A stretch of DNA of 64,000 nucleotides from Verrucomicrobiales bacterium (GTDB lineage: Bacteria; Verrucomicrobiota; Verrucomicrobiia; Verrucomicrobiales; V1-33): contig JBBQWG010000007.1 in assembly GCA_038210825.1 (NCBI GenBank), forward strand, positions 3,607 through 67,606. The letters are read 5' to 3'. Shown in pieces: positions 1-8,383 of the stretch (position 1 is its first letter; the number at the start of each line of letters is the position of its first letter). The notes below the pieces were generated by a model. The model saw only the letters and a program-made list of their open reading frames with translations. It was not told the DNA's origin and searched no databases. A program made the position numbers and the translations under genes.

Positions 1-818
1 TGCAACAGCCGGCCCTGCACCAGTTTGTGCTCTTCACCAGCTTCGGTCTTGGGATTGCCCTTCCCTATGTGGCCCTTTCCAGCTCGCCGCGACTGCTGAA
101 GAAGCTGCCGCGCCCGGGAGCCTGGATGGAAACCTTCAAAAAAGCGCTCTCCTTTCCGATGTTTGCGGCGGCCATTTATTTCTTCAATGCCTTTGCCACC
201 AAGACGGGCAGCGGCGGCACCTCGTTATTGCTTTGGTCACTGCTCTTTATTGCCATCGCCGCCTGGATCTACGGACATTGGTGCCTGCCCTCCCGGAAAT
301 CTCAAACCCGATGGTCCGGCGGGCTCGCGGCCTTGATCATCGCGGCCGCCGGAATGTGGTTTGCCGTCGGCGCCTCCCGGGAAAAAGTCGAGTCCACCCA
401 GGCAGCCGGAAGCCTATACATGACGGGGAACCTGGGGTGGACCCGCTGGTCTCCGGAAACCCTGGCTGCAGAACGGGCCAAAGGACGCGCCGTTTTTGTC
501 AATTACACCACCCTGGGTTGCATCACTTGCGATACCAACGAGGCCCGGGTGTTCAAAGCCGCTGGTTCGGATCTCGTGGCGGCCCGGTTCAAGGAACTCA
601 ATGTGGCCCCCCTCCGGGCCAAATACCTTGCGGATGGCACGCCGGAAGACGATGCCATCCGCCATAGTCTCAAACCTTGGGAAATCTCTACTTTCCCGGC
701 TTATGTCATGTATCCTGCGGACCCGGCGCAACCTCCCTTCCTGATTTCCGACAGCTTGCTCTCCCAGACCCAAGTCTTGGAGGCCCTGGAAAAAGCTACC
801 CGACGAGCCCAAGACTAG
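1..818 (+). CDS. DsbD/DipZ-like thiol:disulfide transfer protein, C-terminal portion (5' end outside window)
   Basis: Frame is open from base 3. Hydrophobic helices (FGLGIALPYVAL, FPMFAAAIYFFNAF, LLLWSLLFIAIAAWIY) are followed by a thioredoxin-like domain with CxxC (LGCITCD). Confidence 0.7.
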   Translation, partial: QQPALHQFVLFTSFGLGIALPYVALSSSPRLLKKLPRPGAWMETFKKALSFPMFAAAIYFFNAFATKTGSGGTSLLLWSLLFIAIAAWIYGHWCLPSRKSQTRWSGGLAALIIAAAGMWFAVGASREKVESTQAAGSLYMTGNLGWTRWSPETLAAERAKGRAVFVNYTTLGCITCDTNEARVFKAAGSDLVAARFKELNVAPLRAKYLADGTPEDDAIRHSLKPWEISTFPAYVMYPADPAQPPFLISDSLLSQTQVLEALEKATRRAQD

Positions 819-1178
819 GGCCACCCCATAACTTGTCGGCTGGGCAGCTGGAAGGGCCATGATCATACGCCAGTATGGCTAATCGCTAAAACTAAAATTT
901 CCAGAAATCAAATCTTGCCTTCATGTCGTTTCTCCATGATGACTAGTGAAGTTATAATCACTTCGAAGGGGAATGGTTTTATCAAAATTGCGCTGGAGCG
1001 AAAAATTTAGACTCAATTCTGAAAAATACTTGCTTTTCTATAGTCATTATGTAATCTCCATCATGACTGGGGCATTTTACCGGCCACGGCGTTCCCATTG
1101 TTCTACACCGGATTCGTCATCACTCCTTCAACCTGCGAGACTCTTATCAAACTCCATCCTCCTCAACTTTTGAAAATT

Positions 1179-1739
1179 ATGGCTGATGACGCACCCGAAT
1201 TAATGACCGTGAAGGAAACGGCGGAATACCTCCGGATTCCTCTCCCCACCGTCTATTATCTCGTGCAGCGCGGCCAACTGCCTGCAGTCCAGATTGGGGG
1301 ACGCTGGCGAATCAAACGCAGTCTGCTCGACCGCGATGTTCTGAAGACCGAGGGAGCAGGCCAGCCTACCGTGTTGGTGGTCGACGATGACGCCGCCCTG
1401 CAAACCATCTTCAAACAGTTCCTGAAGAAAGCGGGTTTCGGCCGCATTGTGGTGGGAAGTGGCTCCGAAGCGATATCCTATGCGGAGAAACAAAAGTTCG
1501 ACCTTGTCTTTCTCGACCTGCAATTGCCTGACATGTCCGGCGATGAGGTTTATCTGCGGCTGAAGGAAATTCATCCGGACCTCCCGATTGTGATCATCAC
1601 CGGTTACCCGGATAGCGAGATTCTCAGCAAAATTCTGCAAATCGGACCCGTCACGGTGATCAAAAAACCGATCGAGTTTGAACAGCTCAACGCCACAGTG
1701 AAGCAGTTGGGCCACAAGGGCATGGAAATGGCCAGTTAG
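1179..1739 (+). CDS. response regulator: N-terminal excisionase/MerR-type HTH plus C-terminal CheY-like receiver
   Basis: ATG at 1179 lies inside ORF 1098..1739. MTVKETAEYLRIPLPTVYYLVQRGQLPAVQIGGRWRI is HTH-like. Receiver motifs follow: VLVVDDD, DLVFLDLQLPDMSG, IVIITGY. Confidence 0.85.
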   Translation: MADDAPELMTVKETAEYLRIPLPTVYYLVQRGQLPAVQIGGRWRIKRSLLDRDVLKTEGAGQPTVLVVDDDAALQTIFKQFLKKAGFGRIVVGSGSEAISYAEKQKFDLVFLDLQLPDMSGDEVYLRLKEIHPDLPIVIITGYPDSEILSKILQIGPVTVIKKPIEFEQLNATVKQLGHKGMEMAS

Positions 1740-1772
1740 GTGGCAGCGGCTTCCTGCCGCACTCCCTTCCAA

Positions 1773-1808
1773 GGCGGACCGTTGACCCGGTCCGCCTTTT
1801 TCTGTTTT
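1773..1808 (+). terminator. rho-independent terminator after response regulator gene
   Basis: GGCGGACCG / CGGTCCGCC perfect 9-bp stem with a 6-nt loop, followed by TTTTTCTGTTTT. Confidence 0.6.
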
Positions 1809-2003
1809 CGCAGACAAAACCCTGCCCATGACAACGCTGTCAGCTTGGTGTTCCAGCTTTTTCCAGGAAAAAGCCGGAATACCGCCGCTGCGGCTGGCGT
1901 CACAGTCCGCATGCGGGGCGTTTCCCAAGACCTCTCCGGGTGGAGAGTCCTCCGGGACAACGGCCCGCAATCCAACAAAACCAATCCAACCTCTCCTCAT
2001 CCC

Positions 2004-2390
2004 ATGAAAAAACTGTTCACCCTGCTCTTCAGCCTGCTCTTCACCGCCTCCGTCTTCGCCGGCGAATTTCCTGATATCGCCATTGAGGACTTGAAGAAGG
2101 CCATCGCGGACAAAAAGGTCACCGTCATTGATGTGAACGGCAGCGATTCATGGAAAGCGGGTCACGTCCCGACTGCCCTCGACTTCGATGCCGTGGGCGA
2201 CAAGCTCGCGCAAAAACTTCCCGCCGACAAGGGAGCCCTGATTGTGGCTTACTGCGGTGGTCCTTCCTGTGGTGCCTACAAGGCCGCTGCCAACAAGGCC
2301 AAGGAACTGGGATACACCAACGTGAAGCACCTCGCCGCCGGCATTTCCGGCTGGAAGAAGGCCGGTGAAAAAACCGAAGCCGGCAAATAA
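2004..2390 (+). CDS. exported single-domain rhodanese (sulfurtransferase)
   Basis: ATG at 2004 inside ORF 1740..2390. Signal peptide MKKLFTLLFSLLFTASVFA. Rhodanese-like core: VIDVNGSDSWKAGHVPTAL, active-site loop AYCGGPSCG, then GISGWKKAG. Confidence 0.85.
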   Translation: MKKLFTLLFSLLFTASVFAGEFPDIAIEDLKKAIADKKVTVIDVNGSDSWKAGHVPTALDFDAVGDKLAQKLPADKGALIVAYCGGPSCGAYKAAANKAKELGYTNVKHLAAGISGWKKAGEKTEAGK

Positions 2391-2415
2391 ACGCTCTGCG
2401 TCCGTATGATTCCGG

Positions 2416-2452
2416 CAGCGCCATCCTGACAAGGGTGGCGCTGTTTTGTTTT
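2416..2452 (+). terminator. rho-independent terminator after rhodanese gene
   Basis: CAGCGCCATCC / GGGTGGCGCTG stem followed by TTTTGTTTT. Confidence 0.6.
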
Positions 2453-2503
2453 GATATCGTTTCCCTCACCGATTTTCCCCATCCCAAACCCACCCTGTCA
2501 CCC

Positions 2504-2971
2504 ATGAACACCCGCACCTTCCTCAGCCTTTCCCTTGCCGCAGTCACCGGCCTTTGCGCCTTGCCCCAATCGGCTTCCGCCGATGATTTCCCCAAAGGAA
2601 GCCCCAAGTTTGTCACCAGTTTCCGCAAAGTGCTATCGGAGCAAAAGGAAACCGGCAAACCTGCCATCGTCGTTTTTTCGGCGCCGTGGTGTGGGCCCTG
2701 CCAGACGATGAAAAAATCCGTATACCCCAGTGCGGCCGTAAAGCCCTTCCATGACAAATTCATCTGGGCCTACCTTGATACCGATGTCGCCCTGAACAAA
2801 AAAGCCGCTGAGAAATTCAACGTGACTGGCATTCCCCATATTGAGTTTCTGAATGCCGCAGGAGAGTCCATCGGCCAACAGGTCGGGGCCGGTTCCGCCG
2901 CCGATTTCGCCAAAAAGCTGGAAGGCATTCTGGCCAAAGCGGAAGAAACGAAAAAAGTCGCTGCCAAATAG
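2504..2971 (+). CDS. exported thioredoxin-family protein
   Basis: ATG at 2504 inside ORF 2435..2971. Signal peptide MNTRTFLSLSLAAVTGLCALPQSASA. Thioredoxin active site VVFSAPWCGPCQ, then FNVTGIPHIEF. Confidence 0.85.
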   Translation: MNTRTFLSLSLAAVTGLCALPQSASADDFPKGSPKFVTSFRKVLSEQKETGKPAIVVFSAPWCGPCQTMKKSVYPSAAVKPFHDKFIWAYLDTDVALNKKAAEKFNVTGIPHIEFLNAAGESIGQQVGAGSAADFAKKLEGILAKAEETKKVAAK

Positions 2972-3011
2972 TTCCCGGCAGAGTCCCTCCGGGATCCCGC
3001 ATCCCTTCCCT

Positions 3012-3043
3012 CGCCATCCTCCCCCCTGGAGGGTGGCGTTTTT
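3012..3043 (+). terminator. rho-independent terminator after thioredoxin gene
   Basis: CGCCATCCTCC / GGAGGGTGGCG stem (one G-T wobble) followed by TTTTT. Confidence 0.6.
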
Positions 3044-3065
3044 GCTTCCGGGCTCACTGGCTTCA

Positions 3066-4007
3066 CTAGCCGCTTTCCGGAAGAAAGGTCGGGATCACGA
3101 TCCCCAGCCCGGGGCCCGGACCTCCCCGGACCTGGGCGACATGCAATTCCACGTTCCGCGCCCCGGCCTGGTAGAGGGCCCTAACCAATCCGGAAGCCTG
3201 GGCCGGCAGGAGGAAGACCGGATTGCCCGGTGCATGATGATGCAGCTGGGCGGTGATCAAAGCGAGGGCGTCGTGGTCCTCCTGCATCAGGCCAGGGCCC
3301 AGCATTTGGGTGCCTCCCTGATGAATCGAACCCAGAAAGCCCCGCAGGCTTCCATCGGGTGCGGTCAGCAACAGGGTATGCCAGCATTGCGCTTCATTCC
3401 GGATAAAAAACCGGAAATCCTGTCCGCGGTCAATTCCGGTCAGCGCCAGTTCCAGGGCCACCATGGCCGGCACATCCTCAAGGACCGCAGGACGAATGGT
3501 GCCTGCAGGCAGCACCCTTGGAGGCAGCACGCCCGGGGGAAACTGGAGGTCCTGAAACACCGTCCCCGGGACAAATCCCATTTTGGTGTAGAGGGAAAAA
3601 GAATCAAGGTTCATCAGGCTGCTCACCAGCCGGACCGGCAAACCGGCGTCATCGGCCTCGCGGAACACGGCTTCCAGCATGGCCCGGGCCACGCCGCGTC
3701 CTCCTGAGGTGGGACACACCGCGACAATGCCCACCGAGATATGGCTGGGCCGGGGATGATAAAAACAAATGCCCCGGAGACTGCCTGACTCCGGTTCCCT
3801 GTCCACAACGGCACAGCCGGGATCAAGGGCTTCGTAAATTTCCGGGAAAACCCGGAAGGGTTCCCATGAGTCCCCGAAGCGGCCGGGCTGGTTCAGGTGC
3901 TTTGCATACCAGTCCGCCAGCGAGGCATGAATCAATTGTGCGGCGCAGTCCCATTGGGCTGGCTGCAGCCGGCTCAAGGCAATTGGCGGATCGGAGATAA
4001 CACTCAT
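3066..4007 (-). CDS. GNAT-family N-acetyltransferase (two-domain)
   Basis: Acetyl-CoA binding motif-A-like segment VGIVAVCPTSGGRGVARAMLEAVFREA. ATG start confirmed at 4007. Confidence 0.75.
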   Translation of the reverse strand: MSVISDPPIALSRLQPAQWDCAAQLIHASLADWYAKHLNQPGRFGDSWEPFRVFPEIYEALDPGCAVVDREPESGSLRGICFYHPRPSHISVGIVAVCPTSGGRGVARAMLEAVFREADDAGLPVRLVSSLMNLDSFSLYTKMGFVPGTVFQDLQFPPGVLPPRVLPAGTIRPAVLEDVPAMVALELALTGIDRGQDFRFFIRNEAQCWHTLLLTAPDGSLRGFLGSIHQGGTQMLGPGLMQEDHDALALITAQLHHHAPGNPVFLLPAQASGLVRALYQAGARNVELHVAQVRGGPGPGLGIVIPTFLPESG

Positions 4008-4126
4008 GGCAAGTCAGGAAATCCGGGAGTCCGGCCGGGACCCGGGGGCTCTGAGAGGCTGCATATCCTGCCTCCGGGCTGCGGTCAATCAAATCCCCGG
4101 CACCCCGGAGGATGAAGCAGAATTTG

Positions 4127-4351
4127 CTAGTCCCTCACCTTGAAGACCGCCACGGTGAGCCCGATGCCCAGCACCCAGACCAGCCAGGGGGCAGGAGTGA
4201 AGTAGGAATAACCGACCAGAAGAATTCCCAGCAGCAGTTGCTTGATATTCGCTTCCCGCCGCCCTTCCTTGATGGCCCAGAAGCCGAGCATGGAAAACAA
4301 CACCATTCCCATCAAGGCCGAAGGTTCCGGTAATTCCATTCCTGCCTGCAT
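4127..4351 (-). CDS. small two-TM membrane protein, hypothetical
   Basis: 74-aa ORF with an ATG start and two hydrophobic helices (LMGMVLFSMLGFWAI and PWLVWVLGIGLTVAVF). No family recognised. Confidence 0.4.
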   Translation of the reverse strand: MQAGMELPEPSALMGMVLFSMLGFWAIKEGRREANIKQLLLGILLVGYSYFTPAPWLVWVLGIGLTVAVFKVRD

Positions 4352-4391
4352 TGCCGCCGTTACAGCCGGCGGACAAGCCCTCTTTTAATTC

Positions 4392-5213
4392 ATGAGCCTT
4401 TCTTCTTCCCCTGCCCCTGTCTCCCTCGCTTGTCTCGGCACTGGCAAAATGGGCACCGCCCTGCTGCAGGGCATTCTTGGCCGCAAGTTATTGGATCCAG
4501 CCCGCATCACGGTATTTGATCCCCATCCTCCTGCCGTCGCGGCGGCTCTGGCCGCCTTGCCCGGCATTCAGGCAGCCCCGGATGCCATGGCCGCAGCAGC
4601 AGTCTCACAAGCCGTGCTGTTGTGTGTGAAACCTGCGGGCATCCTCCCGCTCATCGCCTCGCTGAAGGGTGTCGGGGAAAGCCGGCTTCTCATTTCCATC
4701 GCCGCAGGCGTCCCCCTGAAGGCCATGGAAGCCGCCGCCGGCCATCACCGGGTCATCCGGGTCATGCCCAACACTCCGGCGCTGATCGGACAAGGGGCCT
4801 CCGCCTATGCTACCGGCACCACCGCAGACCCGGCGGATGCGGCCATGACAGAAACCTTGTTAAGGGCGGTGGGATCGGTCACCCGGGTTGCCGAATCTCT
4901 GCTGGATGCCGTAACCGGACTCAGCGGCAGCGGGCCGGCCTATGTTTTTACCTTCATCGAAGCCTTGGCTGATGGTGGGCTGGCCGAAGGGCTGAGCAAG
5001 GAACAAGCCCTGCTACTTGCGGCCCAAACCGTGGCCGGGGCCGCCGCGCTGGTGCTGCAAACCGGCCAGCATCCTGCCGTGCTGAGGGATCAGGTGACCA
5101 GTCCGGGTGGCACCACCATCGCCGGACTGGCTGCCCTCGAAGAACGGGCTTTCCGCTCGGCCTGCATCGAGGCGGTGCGGGCCGCCACGCAGCGGGCAAG
5201 GGAATTGGCCTGA
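4392..5213 (+). CDS. proC: pyrroline-5-carboxylate reductase
   Basis: GTGKMGTALL NAD(P)-binding start, then RVMPNTPALIGQGASAY, SGSGPAYVFTFIEALADGG and VTSPGGTTIAGLAALE. Confidence 0.93.
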   Translation: MSLSSSPAPVSLACLGTGKMGTALLQGILGRKLLDPARITVFDPHPPAVAAALAALPGIQAAPDAMAAAAVSQAVLLCVKPAGILPLIASLKGVGESRLLISIAAGVPLKAMEAAAGHHRVIRVMPNTPALIGQGASAYATGTTADPADAAMTETLLRAVGSVTRVAESLLDAVTGLSGSGPAYVFTFIEALADGGLAEGLSKEQALLLAAQTVAGAAALVLQTGQHPAVLRDQVTSPGGTTIAGLAALEERAFRSACIEAVRAATQRARELA

Positions 5214-5401
5214 TCCGCTCCCCGGCGCTCGTGGTATTCCCCCGCGCAGCCCGTGATGGACGTTACAGGAGAGGACGGCGGGGATACGATCGTGCCCAAC
5301 TCCTCCCGTAGGATGAGTTCAGCGGGGCTCGGCAAAGTGCTTTCCTGCAAATTAAACATTTCCACAAAAATTCATTTTCCGCAGAAAACCGCCTATTTGT
5401 A

Positions 5402-5429
5402 TTGACGATGCGAATACAAACTGCATAAT
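5402..5429 (+). promoter_or_regulatory. sigma70-like promoter candidate (TTGACG - 16 nt - CATAAT)
   Basis: Near-consensus -35 and -10 hexamers in an AT-richer stretch. No downstream + strand gene before the terminator at 5519. Confidence 0.3.
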
Positions 5430-5518
5430 GGCCATGGAAATCGGTTTCGGAAGCAACGCCGGCCGGGTTTCCGGGCGGAAAGACCCCCCTTCTCTCTCCG
5501 CCTTATTCCCCCCAAAAA

Positions 5519-5573
5519 GCCGCCCCGTGCAGAAACCTGAGATGGCAGGTCCTCACGGGGCGGCTCGTTTTCC
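5519..5573. terminator. bidirectional rho-independent terminator between convergent transcription units
   Basis: GCCGCCCCGTG / CACGGGGCGGC 11-bp stem with an inner ACCTG/CAGGT helix. Flanked by AAAAA on the left (U-run for the minus strand) and TCGTTTT on the right. Confidence 0.55.
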
Positions 5574-5626
5574 GGGAGTCCTCCCAGAGATCCAAAGCTG
5601 CCGTCGCGGAGGGAAAGTTTCCAGTT

Positions 5627-6325
5627 TCAGCGCATCCTCCATGCGCCCTGTTTTGCCGCTTTGGCTTGCCGCTCCAAAGCCATGAGCTGCTGCTTGCCTG
5701 CCTTGGCTACTTTGCCGCCGGGCCGGTTTTCACCTTTGGTGTAGATGCGGGCAAGTCCTGCCTTGATGAGCAGTTCAGCCAAATCCCCTGATTCCACCGT
5801 AACGAAGGCGTAAATCCGGTCACTGTCGAAGACCTTTTCCCAACGTGTCAGGACCCGGAAGGGAGCCGCCCGCAGCAGGCCGAGGGTGAAATCCCTGGCA
5901 TCCCCACCCACTTCCAGCGTCTCGGCTTCGGTGAGCCCTCCAAAATACTGTCCTTGCGAGGCGAGCCGTGGACCGTTGTATTGGTGGCGCGTCTTTTCGG
6001 GGCAATCGACAAAATAAAGGCGCATAAGGAATTCCGTGGTGCCATGACGCACCACAAAGCTGTCCCCGTCATTCGAACGATCCTCCACAAGGGTGCAGCC
6101 CTGCAACTCCTCCCAATCCCCTGCCCGGTGCCGCCCGCTTTCTGCGGTAGTGGGCCCCGGGGGTTTGGGCCTGCCGGGAATGATGACCGGCGGAGGCGTG
6201 GTTTTGTCAGGATAGGATCCGCTCCCGGGCAGCCAGCCTTTCCACTGCGCATACCCGATGAACCCCAGCATCAGCAGGGTCAGCAAAGTCCGCCGCCTTG
6301 GAGAGAAAAAAATTCGGCGGGACAT
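5627..6325 (-). CDS. membrane-anchored staphylococcal-nuclease (SNase/thermonuclease)-like protein
   Basis: ATG at 6325 (MSRRIFFSPRRRTLLTLLMLGFIGY anchor). SNase-like pattern DGDSFVV...RLYFVDCPE...RIYAFVTVESGDLAELLIKAGLARIY. Confidence 0.65.
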   Translation of the reverse strand: MSRRIFFSPRRRTLLTLLMLGFIGYAQWKGWLPGSGSYPDKTTPPPVIIPGRPKPPGPTTAESGRHRAGDWEELQGCTLVEDRSNDGDSFVVRHGTTEFLMRLYFVDCPEKTRHQYNGPRLASQGQYFGGLTEAETLEVGGDARDFTLGLLRAAPFRVLTRWEKVFDSDRIYAFVTVESGDLAELLIKAGLARIYTKGENRPGGKVAKAGKQQLMALERQAKAAKQGAWRMR

Positions 6326-6353
6326 GAGGAAGGGGGAGAGGAAACCTGTTTTG

Positions 6354-8237
6354 TCAGGCACCCGGACGGTGCAACCACTGCTGCATCTGGCGGAATGTGG
6401 ATACCGTGGCAATCACCGGATACAACTTTTCGTAATACCACAGCCGGGCAAAATAAAGCCCGATCGGAGCGGGGGGAAACAGCGTGCCCTCATGGGTGAG
6501 TTCCAGCAGGGCCTGCAGGCTTTCCTCCAGCATTCCGGAAGGGCAGCGTTCTCCGCCCGGCATGGAATAAGCCGCGAGAGCTTCCAAGGCCGCCGCTGTT
6601 TCCTCAATGGACGGAACGGCAGCTCCACAACCACCGCCCCACGCACCGTCCGGACGTCTCGCCGTGTTAATCAGATAATGGGCCGCCCGGTCCTTGATCA
6701 ATCGGAGAGGGCTTCCTGCAAAGTCCTGCTCCGGCAAACGGGTGAGATACTTCAGAACCGTGGCGGTTCCATAAACGGGATTGGCCTCATCAGGTTCCGA
6801 TTCATTGCCAAACCAGAGAGGCAGCCAGGTGCCATCCTTCCCTTGGGTTTTGCCCAACCAGTGGATGGCCCGCCGCATGGCAGGTTCAGGGTCAAAGGCC
6901 ATCCGGCCGCGCCAAGCCTGCCAGGCAGCCAACGCATGGGCCGTCAGGTCCGGGGCGCTGCGGTCGAAAGGCAGAGCCCCCCAGCCTTTACAGAAGGTCG
7001 GCATCCCGCCGTCCCGGTTTTGCAGTCCCGCCAGCCAGCGGGCTCCGGCTTCTGCGGCCGCCGTGTTGCGGGCCAGTCTTTCCTCCCCATCCAACTCTGC
7101 CAAGGCCAACAAAGCCCCGGCGGTGTCATCGGCATCGGGCACCCCACCCGGCAAATCGGTCCATGCCCAGCCGCCGGGCGGGGACAGACAATAGGGATGC
7201 TTTTTTTGGTATTGCTGGCCCAATAGCCAGTCGAGGATGGCGGCCCGTCCCGCCACCGGCAAACCCGGCCCCAAGGCCTTGACCGAAAGAGTAGTCCCCC
7301 AGGTGGCGAGGTTCGTGTCAATCGGCCAACTTCCGTCCAACCGCATGGACTGCCGCAAGAACTGCAGACCGTCCGCCACCACGGGTTCCCGTCCCGCGCC
7401 GGCAGCACAGCGGGCCATGACTACGAAGCCAGTCAGGGGAGTCGCTTCAAGAAATCCTCCACCCGCCGGTTGGATCTCGCGCAGCAGTCGCTGCGTTCGC
7501 CCGATGGCCGCCCCGCGCAGCCATCGCCAAGGCCGCCGTGCCGGCATTTGCAAGTGCCGGACCTGGCCGATGGCGATGAGAGCCGGCAGGGCATAGCTCA
7601 CCACCGGCAGGTGCAAAGCGGCAAACCATCGTCTGGGAAAAGCCGCCAGTTCAAAAGGCAAGGCTGGCACGCAGTTCCAGCAATCAGGCGGGGACCCGAG
7701 GCGGCCCCCCACCGCACAGGCCATGAGAATGGGCACCGCAAAGGTTTTGTCCTTTCCATACCTCCGGGCCAACGCCTGCTGAAGCTTGACGGGTTCCAAC
7801 CCTCCGGCTTCCCGCTGCAGCCATGCTTCAGTGCGCGCTACCACCGACGCATAATCTGCTGCCGGGCGTTCGGAGACCGCAATATTTTCCCCGCCCCCCC
7901 CCGCGCCTCCCTTCAGACCATGGGTAGCTCCCATCCCAAAAGCAGACCAGACCAGCAAGGTGGTCGCCACATTGGCCCGGCTCTTTTTCGTATCCCCCCA
8001 GCCTCCATCCGGCAACTGCGTGGACGCCAGCCAATCCAGCCCTTGCTGCATCCGCCTCTGGTCGGTTTCCCCGGGCTGCGACGATCCAAGCGCCAAAACG
8101 GCCACTGCCGTGGACAAGGCACTGGAAGACAATTCTCCCTCCCACCAACCCCCGGATGACCGGGCGTCCAGCAAAATCCCTTGCGCCGCAGCTTCCGCTG
8201 CGGTCACCCGGTCCATCCATGTCGGCCAATTCCTCAC
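6354..8237 (-). CDS. shc: squalene-hopene cyclase (class II terpene cyclase)
   Basis: DxDDTA catalytic motif (VPDADDTAGALLAL) and repeated QW-type motifs (QLPDGGWG, QNRDGGMP, RRPDGAWGG). GTG at 8237 or ATG at 8216. Confidence 0.9.
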   Translation of the reverse strand: MRNWPTWMDRVTAAEAAAQGILLDARSSGGWWEGELSSSALSTAVAVLALGSSQPGETDQRRMQQGLDWLASTQLPDGGWGDTKKSRANVATTLLVWSAFGMGATHGLKGGAGGGGENIAVSERPAADYASVVARTEAWLQREAGGLEPVKLQQALARRYGKDKTFAVPILMACAVGGRLGSPPDCWNCVPALPFELAAFPRRWFAALHLPVVSYALPALIAIGQVRHLQMPARRPWRWLRGAAIGRTQRLLREIQPAGGGFLEATPLTGFVVMARCAAGAGREPVVADGLQFLRQSMRLDGSWPIDTNLATWGTTLSVKALGPGLPVAGRAAILDWLLGQQYQKKHPYCLSPPGGWAWTDLPGGVPDADDTAGALLALAELDGEERLARNTAAAEAGARWLAGLQNRDGGMPTFCKGWGALPFDRSAPDLTAHALAAWQAWRGRMAFDPEPAMRRAIHWLGKTQGKDGTWLPLWFGNESEPDEANPVYGTATVLKYLTRLPEQDFAGSPLRLIKDRAAHYLINTARRPDGAWGGGCGAAVPSIEETAAALEALAAYSMPGGERCPSGMLEESLQALLELTHEGTLFPPAPIGLYFARLWYYEKLYPVIATVSTFRQMQQWLHRPGA

Positions 8238-8383
8238 GCCTCATCACACGCGATTTTTCCCGGCAGAAAACAGAAAACTTACCCAGGCGGAAAATTATGA
8301 AGTATAAATGATTCCGGCTCTCTGCCTCTTTCTGATCTTTTGGCCTGTTCCTGCCGCGCCGGTCTTTCATATCCTTGCCGCCC

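Noticed and set aside
2004-2390. Rhodanese as a possible Acr2/Cdc25-type arsenate reductase
   Set aside because: It is exported (it has a signal peptide), lies 40 kb from the ars cluster, and its active-site loop CGGPSCG lacks the C(X)5R arginine.
5428-5685. 85-aa plus-strand ORF in the proC / SNase-like intergenic region
   Set aside because: It reads through a strong terminator hairpin into the antisense of the next gene. It is Pro/Arg/Ser-rich with no features.
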